A stretch of 62,034 nucleotides of DNA, filler included, from Choristocarpus tenellus KU-1152 (Eukaryota; Protista; Phaeophyceae): assembly GCA_964200185.2 (NCBI GenBank). It is 8 parts of 8 records of this genome, joined end to end, with 100 filler letters (N's around TTAATTAATTAA, not from the genome) between each part and the next. Parts side by side here need not be neighbours in the genome. Positions count along the whole stretch, not along the records: positions 1 to 3,935 come from CAXNAD020017057.1; positions 4,036 to 11,926 come from CAXNAD020005436.1; positions 12,027 to 14,542 come from CAXNAD020027161.1; 5 more parts are not named here. One strand, 5' to 3'. The notes under the pieces were generated by a model, which did not search any database, was not told the origin of the DNA, and saw only the letters and a list, made by a program, of their open reading frames with translations. How positions within the stretch are numbered: the stretch's first letter is position 1; every line of letters begins with the position of its first letter. Shown piece after piece: positions 1-12,268 of the stretch. Position numbers and translations under genes: made by a program.

Positions 1-59
<59 letters not shown>

Positions 60-73
60 TTGTGGTTTTGTGG

Positions 74-74
74 T

Positions 75-127
<53 letters not shown>

Positions 128-276
128 CTACACCAGGGTATCCATTCGGGCCCTGACCAGAAGAAGTGAAATTGCATTATACATCCAGCGCATGCAACCA
201 AATCATCCAAAAGTCGCAACATGGAAAATTAAGACCAGAATGGACACCCACCCCTCCCTCCAAGATACTTTGAGCC
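74..276 (+). mobile_element. Poly-G-armed MITE variant (family 2), 5' end lost
   Basis: G-run followed by tctacaccagggtatccattcgggccctgaccag... and ending ccctccaagatactttgagcc. Homologous (inverted) to 47271-47520 and 48012-48238; its 3' part resembles the 259-bp MITE end. Confidence 0.65.
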
Positions 277-510
277 TACCCTACTCTCACGCCATTGCTG
301 CAATGCATAGGTAGTCCTCAACCATAACCATAACATCTCAATGGTTTCTGTTATACATCAATCCGTGTGCTACAAGCCGTCAAAGACTCACTTTCATTCT
401 TGACATGTTAACTAAGAATTCAAAGCACCTTAAGAACTGTGGTTCAGAGTTGATACTAGTTGTGTTCAACAGCAAGAGCACCGCAAAATGTGTAGAAATC
501 ATTCACTGAC

Positions 511-641
511 CTGGCGAGCATACAGCAAGTGCTCACCCCCCCCCCTGCATCAACATTCCTCTGATGATCCTGCCAAGAGAGTACATCCCCATTGCCAATG
601 ACTGGCAACTTTTTTTGCGAAGGATCTTGCATACTTGCCAC
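511..641 (-). CDS. DUS3: Internal exon of tRNA-dihydrouridine synthase 3-like protein (DUS family)
   Basis: AG/GT-bounded exon (cag at 644-642, gtcagt donor at 510) encoding VASMQDPSQKKLPVIGNGDVLSWQDHQRNVDAGGGVSTCCMLAR. It matches the DUS motif P(V/L)IGNGD(I/V)xS..D....M(I/L)AR(G); the SWxD form is typical of DUS3. Other exons were not found in this segment. Confidence 0.75.
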
Positions 642-2299
642 CTGCGCATGTGTGTGCACGTTACTGTCAATCTAAACAAAAGAGCCAGTGCAAACAATAA
701 AAATACTGACACATTTCCCCCTCAAGTGTATAACAGGTAAACTAATTCAAGAACTAAATAGCTCCACAGAGACAGGACAGTCTATTCCCAAGGGGTCGAA
801 AATAGCTTTTGACGAACGTGAATCACCATGTATGTACAAACCTATCTTGCTTTTCCACTATGTGAATAAAACAGTCTGCGCATGGCAAGCGCCATAAACT
901 GAGCAATAAAACAAAAAATTATAGGTGCTAAATAAAAAGTAACACCTCTGTCACTACAACAGCATCACCTCAGAAGGCGTACCACATAGAGATATCCGAT
1001 GTACAATTAAAAGAAAAATAAATATCACCCAAGAAGGCAAGTAATAGACAGTGTGCCACTGAAAGAGCAAAAAAAAGATGTAAGAAAAAAATAACAAAAA
1101 ACGGTAGGCACAATTCTGCACCAAGGGGAGACAAAAGAGGCACCGCCACGTACACAGCCAAGGGAGAGTCCACAAGGTGACATTCTAACCGATCATATTC
1201 TAGATTTCAACGTGTTCAAAAGCAAAAACAAGAGATCCATCCACACCCAACGTCTCCCAAGATCAAAGAACTGACATGAAGACAACCTTGCTAATACTGC
1301 AACTGCCTAGCCTATACCTCCAAGGAGTCAGCACAACCTTCACTACACTGCAAGCATCTACAGTCAACAATTGGTACAACGTTGGAGCTGGACTCACAAA
1401 TAGTCCCCTTGCTAGAGGACTCAAGCTTGAAATATTCTAAGCCCCCTGACAATTTCGACATGTTGTCATGAGGAACAAAAAAGCAACATGCAAGGGCTTG
1501 ATATTTCAGGCGCTTAATGCTGTGGTCAGTCATGTAAAACGATTTTACCACTCAAAACTGCACTGCCAAGAAATTGCACATAGAACGAGCAAACCCTATC
1601 TAACCTTGAAGTTCATTAATAAAAGTGTCACATTGGTATGGTAGTTGGTAATCTAGATTTGGAGGTATCATTCAACACAGCAATAATTACTGAAAGTAGA
1701 GAAGGTGCAAGGTGATAGACATGAGGTGAAATGAGAAAAGGAATGGCATTTTATGTAGTTTACTTTTGCTGTACATAGAAAAGGCACTAGTGAAATTTGC
1801 TTGTATGAGGGTCACGCGGTATTGTTGAAGTAGGAAATTATACAACATACTAAAGAATATATATGACACATCTTACTGTCTACTGCTTGAGAGCACCATT
1901 ATGACCATTTATACTATTGTCGATCTAAAATGTAACAATCATATAAAAACGCCATACTACATAGTACTAGGGAGTAGATTAAAACCACACCTTAGTACAC
2001 AGTATGAACCATAAAATATTTTCAATGTTAAATGTAACACACTATGGCAAATATGCCTAACGCCGTATTTTGACATATTCTCAGAGGGGAAGACAAAGAC
2101 AGCAACAGAGCCTTCACTACTTAAAACAAAGACCTTTCTACAAAACTTGGTTTCTACAAGGACCAGAATATACAACTCAACTTCTTGCCTAGACACTAAG
2201 AAGATAGTCTGCCAATGAGGGAAAAATACCAGGAGTCTCTCAGGCCCCACCTAGCACGCCACAGTGACAATGCTACCTGTGCAGCCAACAAAATGTGTC

Positions 2300-2660
2300 A
2301 TGCACACACCTCCACGGCCCCTTCCTGCTGAAGGATCCCTCCCACCCACTATGTGTGTCGCTACCTCAACAAAAATGCTCTGCCTGTGTGTGTGTGTGCT
2401 GATATGATCAAAAGCTTCCATGTGGTAGTTATCCTTCCAGGTCTCAGCGGGACCAGCAGTGATCCCACTACTTTGCACTTGTGCGTGTGGGGGTAAACCT
2501 CAACAAAGGCTACATCAAGAAGGATACCTTTATCCAGACAGGGTGTAGTGGCCACGTTGGATATGGACGGTGCCCTGACGTGGAAACCGCAATGATGGAG
2601 AAGTTCAGGTCCGTGTCCAGAGGGCTGACATCCCCCAGCAGGGTACAAGGCTCTGTAAAT
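2300..2660 (-). mobile_element. Remnant of the restriction-like endonuclease C-terminus of a CRE/R2-group non-LTR retrotransposon
   Basis: Frameshifted minus-strand peptides KGILLDVAFVEVYPHTH / QSSGITAGPAETWKDNYHMEAFD resemble the RLE pattern LDVT..DP....S....AA..AE..K..HY. Confidence 0.45.
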
Positions 2661-3935
2661 GTTGCACATTCAATGTACCACATGTGTGGGATGGTATCAT
2701 TGCTCTCACTAAAAAATGGAAATTTTTAAAGTACTACAAAGTATAATAAAAAATACCAAATATGATCGGAATGCGTACTATACATTGATCAGCTTCTGGA
2801 TATATTCCACCCCCCCTCCTCTCGCCTACCCTCAATGTGCCACAAGACCCCCATCCCCACTTTCTCCAATTATATCCAACCCTCAACCATGAACAACCCC
2901 ATCCACTCCCCCTGGAACTAACCAATCAACCCGTCCACAGCTGCTGCTACACCAACAGCACAATTCTTCCTGCCCATCAACAACCTACCCCCAAACCCCT
3001 GCACATCCCATCAACACCTTTCCCTCTGGAAACCCCATTCACACCCCCAGATCTCCCAGATTTCCAGTCCGAATAAGATCTTGCCCTTGGTTTGATCACC
3101 AATCCCTTCACCCACGTTCTCCCATCCCTTCCCCTTCCCCAAACCCACCTCTAAGAAACCAATCCTTCATGGGGTCTTATCTTCATATGCCCATTTTTCC
3201 GATGATGCAAAAACTATACATGTATGTTTTCTCATCTTCCTTCACAGTCTTAGTGCACAGAACATATATATATATATATATATATGCTTAGCCAAGCTTT
3301 CTCAGGTGCTTAGCGGGAAAATAAAGAATTCGGATGTGTCCATTCTCAACAGGTGTTCATTCACACCTCATAGATCAGGAAGCATATCTGAACATGACCA
3401 GGACCACAACCTGGTAGCTATAGTCAGTGAGTGATATCTCACCCATCATTTTCTTTCCATTTTTTCTGATATTTGTGTTTGAGTCCAAATCTTACTGCTT
3501 TTGTTTCCTTCTTATCACTGGTCTGTAAAGATCAGGCCAAGTTTGCACAGTAACAGTATTGGTAACAGTCATCCACAAATAGGCAGTACGTATCCACAAT
3601 GAACTGATCGTCATCCACCCCACTTCTTCTCTCACCTCTTTCCCCCATAACTTCAGTGGATCGTCTCCTAATCACTGTCCAATATCCCTCCCCTACACCT
3701 TCAAGTCTCCAATCACCTTCTCATCCAACCCCCCATACTCCTTTCCCCACTCACTGTCACACTCAATCCAGCCCCCACCCACCCTCCCTCTCAATTCATC
3801 TCTCAGTGTCCACTTCAAGGACCCCACCTCTCCTTTCCCCCCCTTTTCTCCTCATACCCCAAGTTGAATGTCTCCCATTCGTGACCCCTGCCACCTTACC
3901 TCCCCATTGCCCCCCCCCCCCCCCCCCCCCCCCCC

Positions 3936-4035
3936 NNNNNNNNNNNNNNNNNNNNNNNNNNNNNNNNNNNNNNNNNNNNTTAATTAATTAANNNNNNNNN
4001 NNNNNNNNNNNNNNNNNNNNNNNNNNNNNNNNNNN
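3936..4035. other. Artificial contig spacer N44-TTAATTAATTAA-N44 (also 11927-12026, 14543-14642, 32383-32482, 38780-38879, 42328-42427, 57739-57838)
   Basis: Seven identical 100-nt N blocks with a central 12-mer that places stop codons in all six frames. Confidence 0.97.
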
Positions 4036-5394
4036 TCTCCCCTCCTCCCCCCCCAGATATTTTGAGTTATGAGACCACCTCTAGCACTAGTCTGCAGTGA
4101 CGTGTTATATTGTCCAGCAAAAGGACTAGAAAACTCAATTCCCTACAAGTTCATGACACTCAGTGGTGAGTGGTAGTCTCACGGCTTGTGTCAAAGGAAA
4201 GTATGAGTCAGAACCTGGTTTAGGTCATATTTTATTTGCAGGGAATTTTGATTTCATGGGCTACATAGAAGTACAAAGAGGCAGGCACACACATCATTGT
4301 CTTCTGTCTTTTGCTAAGCCAAAAAAAATATATAGTGAAAATCTGAATCATGGTGGCAAGGCTTCATTGATGCCAAGGTGACTGCTGCACAAGATTCGAG
4401 GGAAGAGGTGGAGCAAATTGTGAGTGAGATTGCTGAACCCAGTGCACGAGGAATAATCAAGGCATGCATGGGGCAATGCAATTAGATTTAAGGCAATGGC
4501 AGTTAGTTTACATGTAACAGTTAACGAGAAGTAGTGCAGCATATCATCTCTCTGATCACAGGTCAGATGTGGGGTATCTAGGCGATATGGTGGGCGTATA
4601 GGAGTTGATTTTTTTAATGTGTAACTAGGAGTGGATATATGCTCCTCCCTGGACTTACTATGGTTCTTGATACTGGAGCTGATGCCTGTGTGTCTTTTTT
4701 GAGGGGAGGACTCAACTACGGGGCTCTTTTCTTTTCTCTACAACGTTGAGCTCTTTTAAGATTCTTCCATGTATTTTGTGCATTTTTGCATATACATCTA
4801 TACATTCATTTACTTCCTCGGTCCAGCACCAGTTCGAACAGTTTGCAGGGTAAAGAATTTAACCCATCAAAAAGGCATCTCTTGCAATTTCGCAGTGGGT
4901 GGCATAGATTAGGTGGGCTAAGTTGGATTTTGCTGAGATTTTATGGTCCTTATAATGGGGTTTTGCAAGACTCCCATAAAAACCCCGAAAATATGATGTC
5001 TATCATCTTGTGGATTCAGAGCCTGCCCTGCAAATTACTCAAACTGTTGCTAACCCGAAGGATTATTTTCAGTGTTCTTCTCTTTTTTGCTCTCTTCTTG
5101 AGTCATATTTCTGACCACGGGTCTGATTGTGTTGAATCTTGCCCTTTCTCCGCGACAGCACCTGTCAAATGTTTGAGCATCATTGCATCATGGTTTGAAG
5201 TAATATGTGATAATCAGTCAATCAATCAACCGGTTAATCAGTCCTAGATTAATATATAGTATCGAAGTACATAGTTGTAGATAATATCATAACACAACAT
5301 TACCAATCTGCTCTATATTCAGCGATATACTGCGTAGAAATTTACTTGATTATGCAACCTATCTCACAGTTAGATATACTGTTATATACAGTTA

Positions 5395-5472
5395 CACAAA
5401 CCTTCATGATCAGAAACCAACTGGACAGTGAAAGTACAAATGTGTAGGGCCCTGGAAATGTTTTGAACAAAG
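5395..5472 (+). repeat. Dispersed repeat, second copy at ~10428-10503
   Basis: acaaaccttcatg(a/g)tcagaaaccaactg(g/a)acagtgaaagt...tgtagggccctg is present at both positions. Confidence 0.75.
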
Positions 5473-7379
5473 GGGTAACAATCCAATCTTTTCTTACCAG
5501 TGCATTGCCTAGTATTGAGTAGTCTACTGCACATGACCTCAAGAGAAACCCTAGAATTTTCTCAAAGGCCTGCAACTCTTTGGGAAATTCTAGTGCCTCT
5601 CTCTTGGTTGTCCGTATCCTATTGAGAAAAGTCCCCATAGCCCAGTGGTTAAATGGATGGTGCTCCGTTTATTGTTTTACCAGGGTTTTCATGAGGCTGG
5701 GCAAATACAAAGAGATCTGTCTGGGGCTGGACCAGTTCCAGTATTTTTTATCATGCCTGAACAGTGTCCACCAAGTATTGGAACCCATTTGGTCCATGGA
5801 CTGGATAGGTGCCAATAATATAGTATTGTGAATCGATAGAATGTATGGCTTGGTGATAAATCGACTTGAAAAAGCTTGATGTACTCAACTGTAATCAAAC
5901 CATGTGCTTCACATGGCTAAGTGACTTGCGGTTCTGGTGACCGAGGAGTCCCACTGGAGGGGATTTTTTTAGAGGTACTCTTCATTTGCATGCTTTTCCC
6001 CCACAAATAAACACACTTTGCAGTGAAGTTTTTGTGACTTTTGTAGGTTTTGCAGAAGAAAAGAGGGCTGAAGAGTTTACATGAGGAACATTTTTTTAGA
6101 ATGAAATATTGAACTATCTTATATCTGTTTTTGCATCTATAATTTGAGTGGGTACACAGCTGCTACAATGAATGGGATTCTCATCTACCTTACAGCTGTT
6201 TTTTGATCTATTAGTTGAGTGGGTACTTAACATATCTACTGTAGTTGCTACAGTCCTTAGGCGGTATCCACTCTCTTGCATTCACCTTTATCTAGTTGTT
6301 CTGTAGGAAGATAAAGAGGTGCACATCACCTGGATTCAGCTTGTTCCATTTTGGGGACGCATTATTCTCAGGTGTTGAGAACATGAGTTCTGAGTCTGCT
6401 TGTATAGGAGGAATGAACAAAATGCAGCGGTCAAGTTTGGTCAGGCACAAGAAATATTTGAGCTTGTTTTCCACCACCATTTGAGCAGATTGTTACAAGC
6501 TCCACTTTCATTCTCATCCAAGTAAATATTGAGGGTTGATGAGACAGTTGTAGATTGTCATGTCAAAAAGGACATGAATAAGTAACACATATTGATGGCA
6601 ACATGCTCAAAGCACAAGGTTGAGCAAACATTCAAGGGAAGGAAAAAAACAAAATAAATAATCGGTCTCGCGATTTTCATTTCGTTTGAACTTCAGTTTA
6701 ATCAAATCAAAGCAATTCAATCTCTACTACGGTTCACAACATTACAGCATTTTCTGACATGTCTGGACCAGGCCCACCACATCTTAGAACCTGTTTAGTC
6801 CACGAGCCAGGCAGGTTCAACGTTTTTCTAACATGGCCAGAGCAGGGCCAGCCTGTGACCACATTGAACTAACCCTAACCCCAACACGATATGAGAAGAA
6901 AACAATCTGATTTCTTATTCACTTATCACCGCATATGATGATATGGTGGCTGAAGGAGTATAGGAAAAAAGATATTCCCACTTGTCTTCGAGACAAATTG
7001 GGACATTTTTTATGACAAGGTGATGCTAAGTCATGTTGACCACACTGTATAGGCAATACATATATTATTCATGGCTGTCAACTATTTCAGCGTGTTTGGG
7101 CTGAAGGTCGACCTGCCACAATTTTTCCTAACTAGGGCAAGTTCTTGACTGTCAACTTTTTCAACATGGCTGATCCACTGCCCGACCTAGTATATTCTAA
7201 CAGAGCCAGTCCATGGCCGTCAACTGTTTAAACACGTCTGGGTCACAGACCTGCAGCTGTGGCCTAGACCCTAACCTTGCTAGTACCTGAACTGATAATT
7301 AATCCCAAATATTGCAGGTTCGAACCCCCTTAATGACGGTTCTTTTTTGAGAAATCTGCTATCAGTGATCCAAAGTTCA

Positions 7380-7637
7380 GAGTGAACGTATCTTAGAGGT
7401 TACAGGTTTTGACCTGTTTGTCCATTTGGGGCTTGGCTTCCAACGGTTTTTTTATGATATTTTCCTACTCCAAAATGTTTAGGAGTGGCTAAAATGTATA
7501 CGTTATGAAAAGGTGTGTACGGAACAAGGACATTGACACTTCCAAACAAACAAGATAGTCAAAATTACATCAAAATCGCAACGTTGGATTTTGACCCCCA
7601 AATGGACGGGGCTCTACTCTCTAAGATACTTTGACTC
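7380..7637 (+). mobile_element. ~259-bp MITE, family 1, copy A
   Basis: TIRs gagtgaacgtatcttagag / ctctaagatactttgactc; internal sequence shared with seven other copies. Confidence 0.85.
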
Positions 7638-9299
7638 TTCATGTGTCAATCCCTGTGGGTTTTACACCTGCACAATCATATCTGTCACTATACTACATTA
7701 ACGAAGGAAACCCAAAATGAGGTCTTAATTCTTCATTGCGGAGCGGCCCTGAAGAAGTTTCTAGCATGAGACTCAAGGCAGTAGACAGGGCTGCAAGTGG
7801 TGGGATTGCTGAACCCAACGTGTGAGAAGCAAGGCATGAACGGAGCCAGTGCAATCAGTCGTAGTGCAGTGTGTATCTTTGACCATGGGATAGGATATTC
7901 CCCAGCCTAGAGTGAAGATTAAATATGCTAATGAGAAGTAGTGCAGAGTGTAGTGCCTCTGATCATGAGGTGGGGAAAGGTACGACCCGGATTAAAGTGG
8001 GACAACAAAAATAGTGATAAAGATAATACTGTGAGCCAAAGTAAATGAGACGTACCCAGGTTTTGACCATTTCGCATTTTAAATCGTTTTTTTTATCTTT
8101 TGCAATTCACTCATATTGGTATGGCTGAAGAGCTAAGTTTGACTTGAGAGTGTTGGTTTCTCTGTTTTTGGAGACTTTTGGACAGAATTCAGAAAATATT
8201 TTGCACGCACTTGTGAAACAGGCTTCATTTTGCACATATTTATCACCATCCTTAAAATGAAACTCTGAGGACCTCTAGATTACTTTTACTCTGTACACAT
8301 ATGTGTTCACTGTTTGCAATCAACATGTTCCACCAGCTTGGCCATGTACACATGGTATGGTGGGCTTGGTGGGGGAGGGATAGAAGGAAGCACTTCTGAC
8401 ATACAGTACCCAGCAGATGCTGAACTAAATGGTAGGAATGTGGCAGGCTCAACTTCCTTGCAGAGTGACACTGCCGGGTGAGTACACACTCTCCTTGAAG
8501 GCTGAGGGATAATTCGTAGGTTATGATGGCTGAACCCATTGCATGCGGAACAAGGCATGCATGGAGGCCATGCACTGAGAGCGGGGAAGGAAGCAGAGAA
8601 ACCTCAAAAGAGGACGGAACGACCTGAGTTTTGCTTGGAGTAGAGGGGATACAAGCAATGTGCAGCTGCACAGACAAAAACTTTAGAACCCTATACGGTT
8701 GTTACAACCTCAGTAGCAACTGTCGTTGTTTCACAGCTATGTTACATTGGAGAAGGTGTTGATGTTTGGTAAATAGTGCTACCCTATCGTGGGAGATCTA
8801 AAACTGACTGTTGGGAACCATCAAGATTTGAAAACTGTGTACAACCATCAGAATCCCACAGCCGTACCATGGTGACAGTGGGTACTATTCAACTTACTGT
8901 ATCCTACCGTCCAGATAGTATTCTATTACAATGACCATACTACCCACTTCTTCAAGAACCGCTATCGTAGAGCAAACCATGCTGTGCTGGAGTGTACTTT
9001 CCTTAAAAATATAATAATTCAAAATTAACCACTGCAATATGTATGTAGTAAAGAGTCAAAAAATATTTTGAAAGTATCAATTATCAATAAAACACTATAC
9101 ATATGGAGACCTAACTGATGCATACTCTGGGATACACATAAAAAGTAAAATACATGTACAACACAAATGTGTTTTTCTTGGAGAGAGAGTAAATGCGTAT
9201 ACTGTAGTAATAAGGGGTGTAGATTGTGGGGTAGGCTGTAGCGTTCTAAATCGGGTTTCGGTCTAGTCAATGGTACAGTATGACAAGAATTTATTATAT

Positions 9300-9845
9300 G
9301 TTTATTATTATCCTCTCTGACATTTTGCAGATGTGTCAGGGGAAAAACCAATGAAAACCATTTGAATGTCATAACAACCCTTAAAAAAGTAAAAGTTGTC
9401 GTAAATGTGAAAGACGTTTTTCTGTATTTTATTTACTATTTTAAACCAGCTATAAAAAACGCTGTCCTCCTGTGCCTCCAACTTAGCTTAGTTCTGCACC
9501 CCAGGTTGAGGAGCTAGGGAAGCATCCCAAGAACCTAACACGCCCCTCCTTGCCCATCTCCTGGTGTCTTCAGCTTAAAATGCATGACACGTCTAGATAG
9601 AGCCACCTGTTGTAACAGACACTATCTGTTGTAAGCGAGATTTGACAGCCCCTTTCATGGTACATGAGAGGCATAGAACAGTCGCTACCTATCAGACATA
9701 CATTAATTTTATTGTTATTCCCTCTGACATTTTGCAGAATTGTCGGAGAAAAACCAACGAAAAGATAATTCAATATCAGAACAACCCCTGAAAAAGCACC
9801 AGTTGACAAAAATGTGAAAGATATTTTTCTATAATCTATTTACTA
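9300..9845 (+). repeat. Two diverged ~140-bp direct repeats (~9300-9438 and ~9707-9845)
   Basis: Both contain ctctgacattttgcaga...aaaaccaa...aacaaccc...aaatgtgaaaga...tatttacta. Confidence 0.75.
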
Positions 9846-10807
9846 AGAATTAAACTATGGACAGTACATGTGGAATTCACTACACCATTCAGGGTAATTG
9901 TATGGTGATATACTGCTCCACCAGTCTCCAATTTCTTACTCGGTTAAGATATTCGAGGATTTCCGGAATAATTGGCGGTCTACCATGCTATCCTCTTCTA
10001 TTATTATAATGGATACGTTGATTGGCTCTCCTATACACAATAACAGTTTTGAGCCCCCACTATTTCTGTGAACAACAGTGGAGGGGTAGAGCTGTCATAA
10101 GTATTGACTTGGGAAAACAAGTACTACCTTAGCTATACCGTCAAACTCCATACTACCACAGCACCGTTGAGACAAAACTACAACCCCAACCACGTTACCA
10201 AAAACAGAACTCCAATCGTAGACTGGACCATGCTGTAGCATTGAATGAAAACCAGAACCGTAGCTGCACCAAAAGTATTTTCTAGTGCATGCTGAAGTTT
10301 TTGCAATACCAAAACCTATTGTTGAAATCCTGTCCACTACCATTTCTTACCATTTCAAAAGTACAGCGATGGTGATTGTGACTGTGTCATCATATCTTAC
10401 AGTTTCATACACCGATGTATACTGTTAGACAAACCTTCATGGTCAGAAACCAACTGAACAGTGAAAGTGCAACCATGTAGGGCCCTGAAAAATTAGAACA
10501 AAGTATCACTCTAGCTACCTGGAACGTTTACACAATGGTAGTGAATGGTCTTAATGGAGTGGGACCTGTAGATATGCTACTACTAGAATCTTGTGTAAAA
10601 AAAGGAGACTTTGCATATATTTGTCAGCATCCTCAAAATTAACTCTGGGTACCTCTTGTTTACATTCAATCTGATGAAAGTCAGGATCTCCCTATAAGGC
10701 AGTTTGAGTGCAGACACGCTCAAAGTGGGATATGCTCCAACAACAAATCCAACTGACAAATGTCATAAAGTGGTAGACAACACAGGGAGAACGAAAAGTT
10801 CTGGGTG

Positions 10808-11062
10808 GAGTCGAAACATTTAAGAGGGCAGGAGTTTTTCCCTGTTTGTTTGCTCAGGGGTTGGCTTCCCACAGGGTTTTAATGTTTTTTTCGGTTTTCT
10901 GTGTGGACACAGTTACCTAAAATGTATACGACTGAAAGGTGTCTCCGGAGAAACAATATTGACAATTGCAAACAAATGTGATAGCCAGAATGAATCAATA
11001 TCGCAACATTGGATTTATGACCCCAAACGAATGTGACCCTACCCCCTGAAATACTTTGGGTC
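10808..11062 (+). mobile_element. MITE family 1, diverged copy B, TSD GTG
   Basis: gtg|gagtc...atactttgggtc|gtg, with internal homology to the other copies. Confidence 0.75.
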
Positions 11063-11153
11063 GTGGCCCTACAAAGAAGGGTGTACTAGGTTCCCTCTAG
11101 GAATAAATGTTGTTGTCTTCATAGACTTGAATGGCCACCCTTGAAAAAGGAAT

Positions 11154-11411
11154 GAATCAAAGTATCTTAGAGGGTAGGGTCGCGTCCATTTGGGGTCAAA
11201 TCCAATCTTGTAATTTTGATGTAATTTTGGCTATCGTGTTTGTTAGGAAGTGTCGATATCCTTCTTCCGGACACACCTTTTATTAAACATGTACATTTTA
11301 CTTACTCCGAAACATTTAGGAGTAGGAAAATGTCATAAAATACCCCATAGGAAGCCAAGCCCCAAATGAACTAAGAGGGCAAAACTCGTACCCTCTAAGC
11401 TACTTTCACTC
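11154..11411 (-). mobile_element. MITE family 1, copy C (inverted)
   Basis: gaatcaaagtatcttagagggta...taccctctaagctactttcactc; reverse complement of the consensus; flanks aat/agt. Confidence 0.85.
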
Positions 11412-12268
11412 AGTGGATGGGAGTGAATGGTGACAACCTGGTACCTGGATCATGCAAATGTGATTAACGGAAAGATAATTTGTGCTACTGGTTACGTTTG
11501 CTGGGATGGACAAACCTGTACTTGTCAACACAGTTTCCAAAATAGGGCATACCAATGTGAGCTGCAAAAGGGAGAGATGTCGCCTGGACTACATTCTCAC
11601 GGGACAAGTCAACAGGCGGCTTGCTTGCAATGATGCAGTTCCTCGTTAAATCAGTCTTTGGCAAATTCTCAATGGATACTGGTATTCTTATTGCTATATT
11701 ATGTAGTATTGTTTCGGTGCACTACAGAGAAATAGCACAACTTACTACACAGTGGCTTTTACACAGCGATCGTGGAAAGGGAGGCATTCAATGAATGCAC
11801 ATCAACCTTGTTTGTGCAAGTGCAAATAGATATCCAGTTTGTCCATGCTCATGGTGGTTTTGGTTTTATTGTACTACATAGAACTTCTACGATTGAATGA
11901 TGACCCAAAGTATCTGGGAGGGGGGGNNNNNNNNNNNNNNNNNNNNNNNNNNNNNNNNNNNNNNNNNNNNTTAATTAATTAANNNNNNNNNNNNNNNNNN
12001 NNNNNNNNNNNNNNNNNNNNNNNNNNAAATTCACCCCCCCCCCACCCCCCTCCACTGGTCAAAGAACCCCCTCCCCCCACCCCCAAACCCCCCTCCCCCC
12101 CCCCCCCTCCCACCCCAGTCACCACCACCACCACCACACACCCTCCATCCCACCCCACCTCCTTCCTCGTCCCAATCACCACCACCACCACCACCACCAT
12201 CACCACATGCACGTCTACCTTGGGGGGTCCACACTCCAAGCGTAGCTTCTGCCCTTGACCAAGCCCAG

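Noticed and set aside
1-126. Poly-T and poly-G runs and the Gly-rich ORF 57-314
   Set aside because: Low-complexity contig end overlapping a MITE; possibly a sequencing artefact; not coding.
3980-3991. TTAATTAATTAA palindrome recurring seven times
   Set aside because: It is always centred in a 100-nt N block, so it is an artificial six-frame stop linker. Gene neighbourhoods across these linkers were not interpreted.
6296-6484. Short ORFs with splice-like sites on both strands
   Set aside because: No recognisable motif, and the strand and frame cannot be decided.
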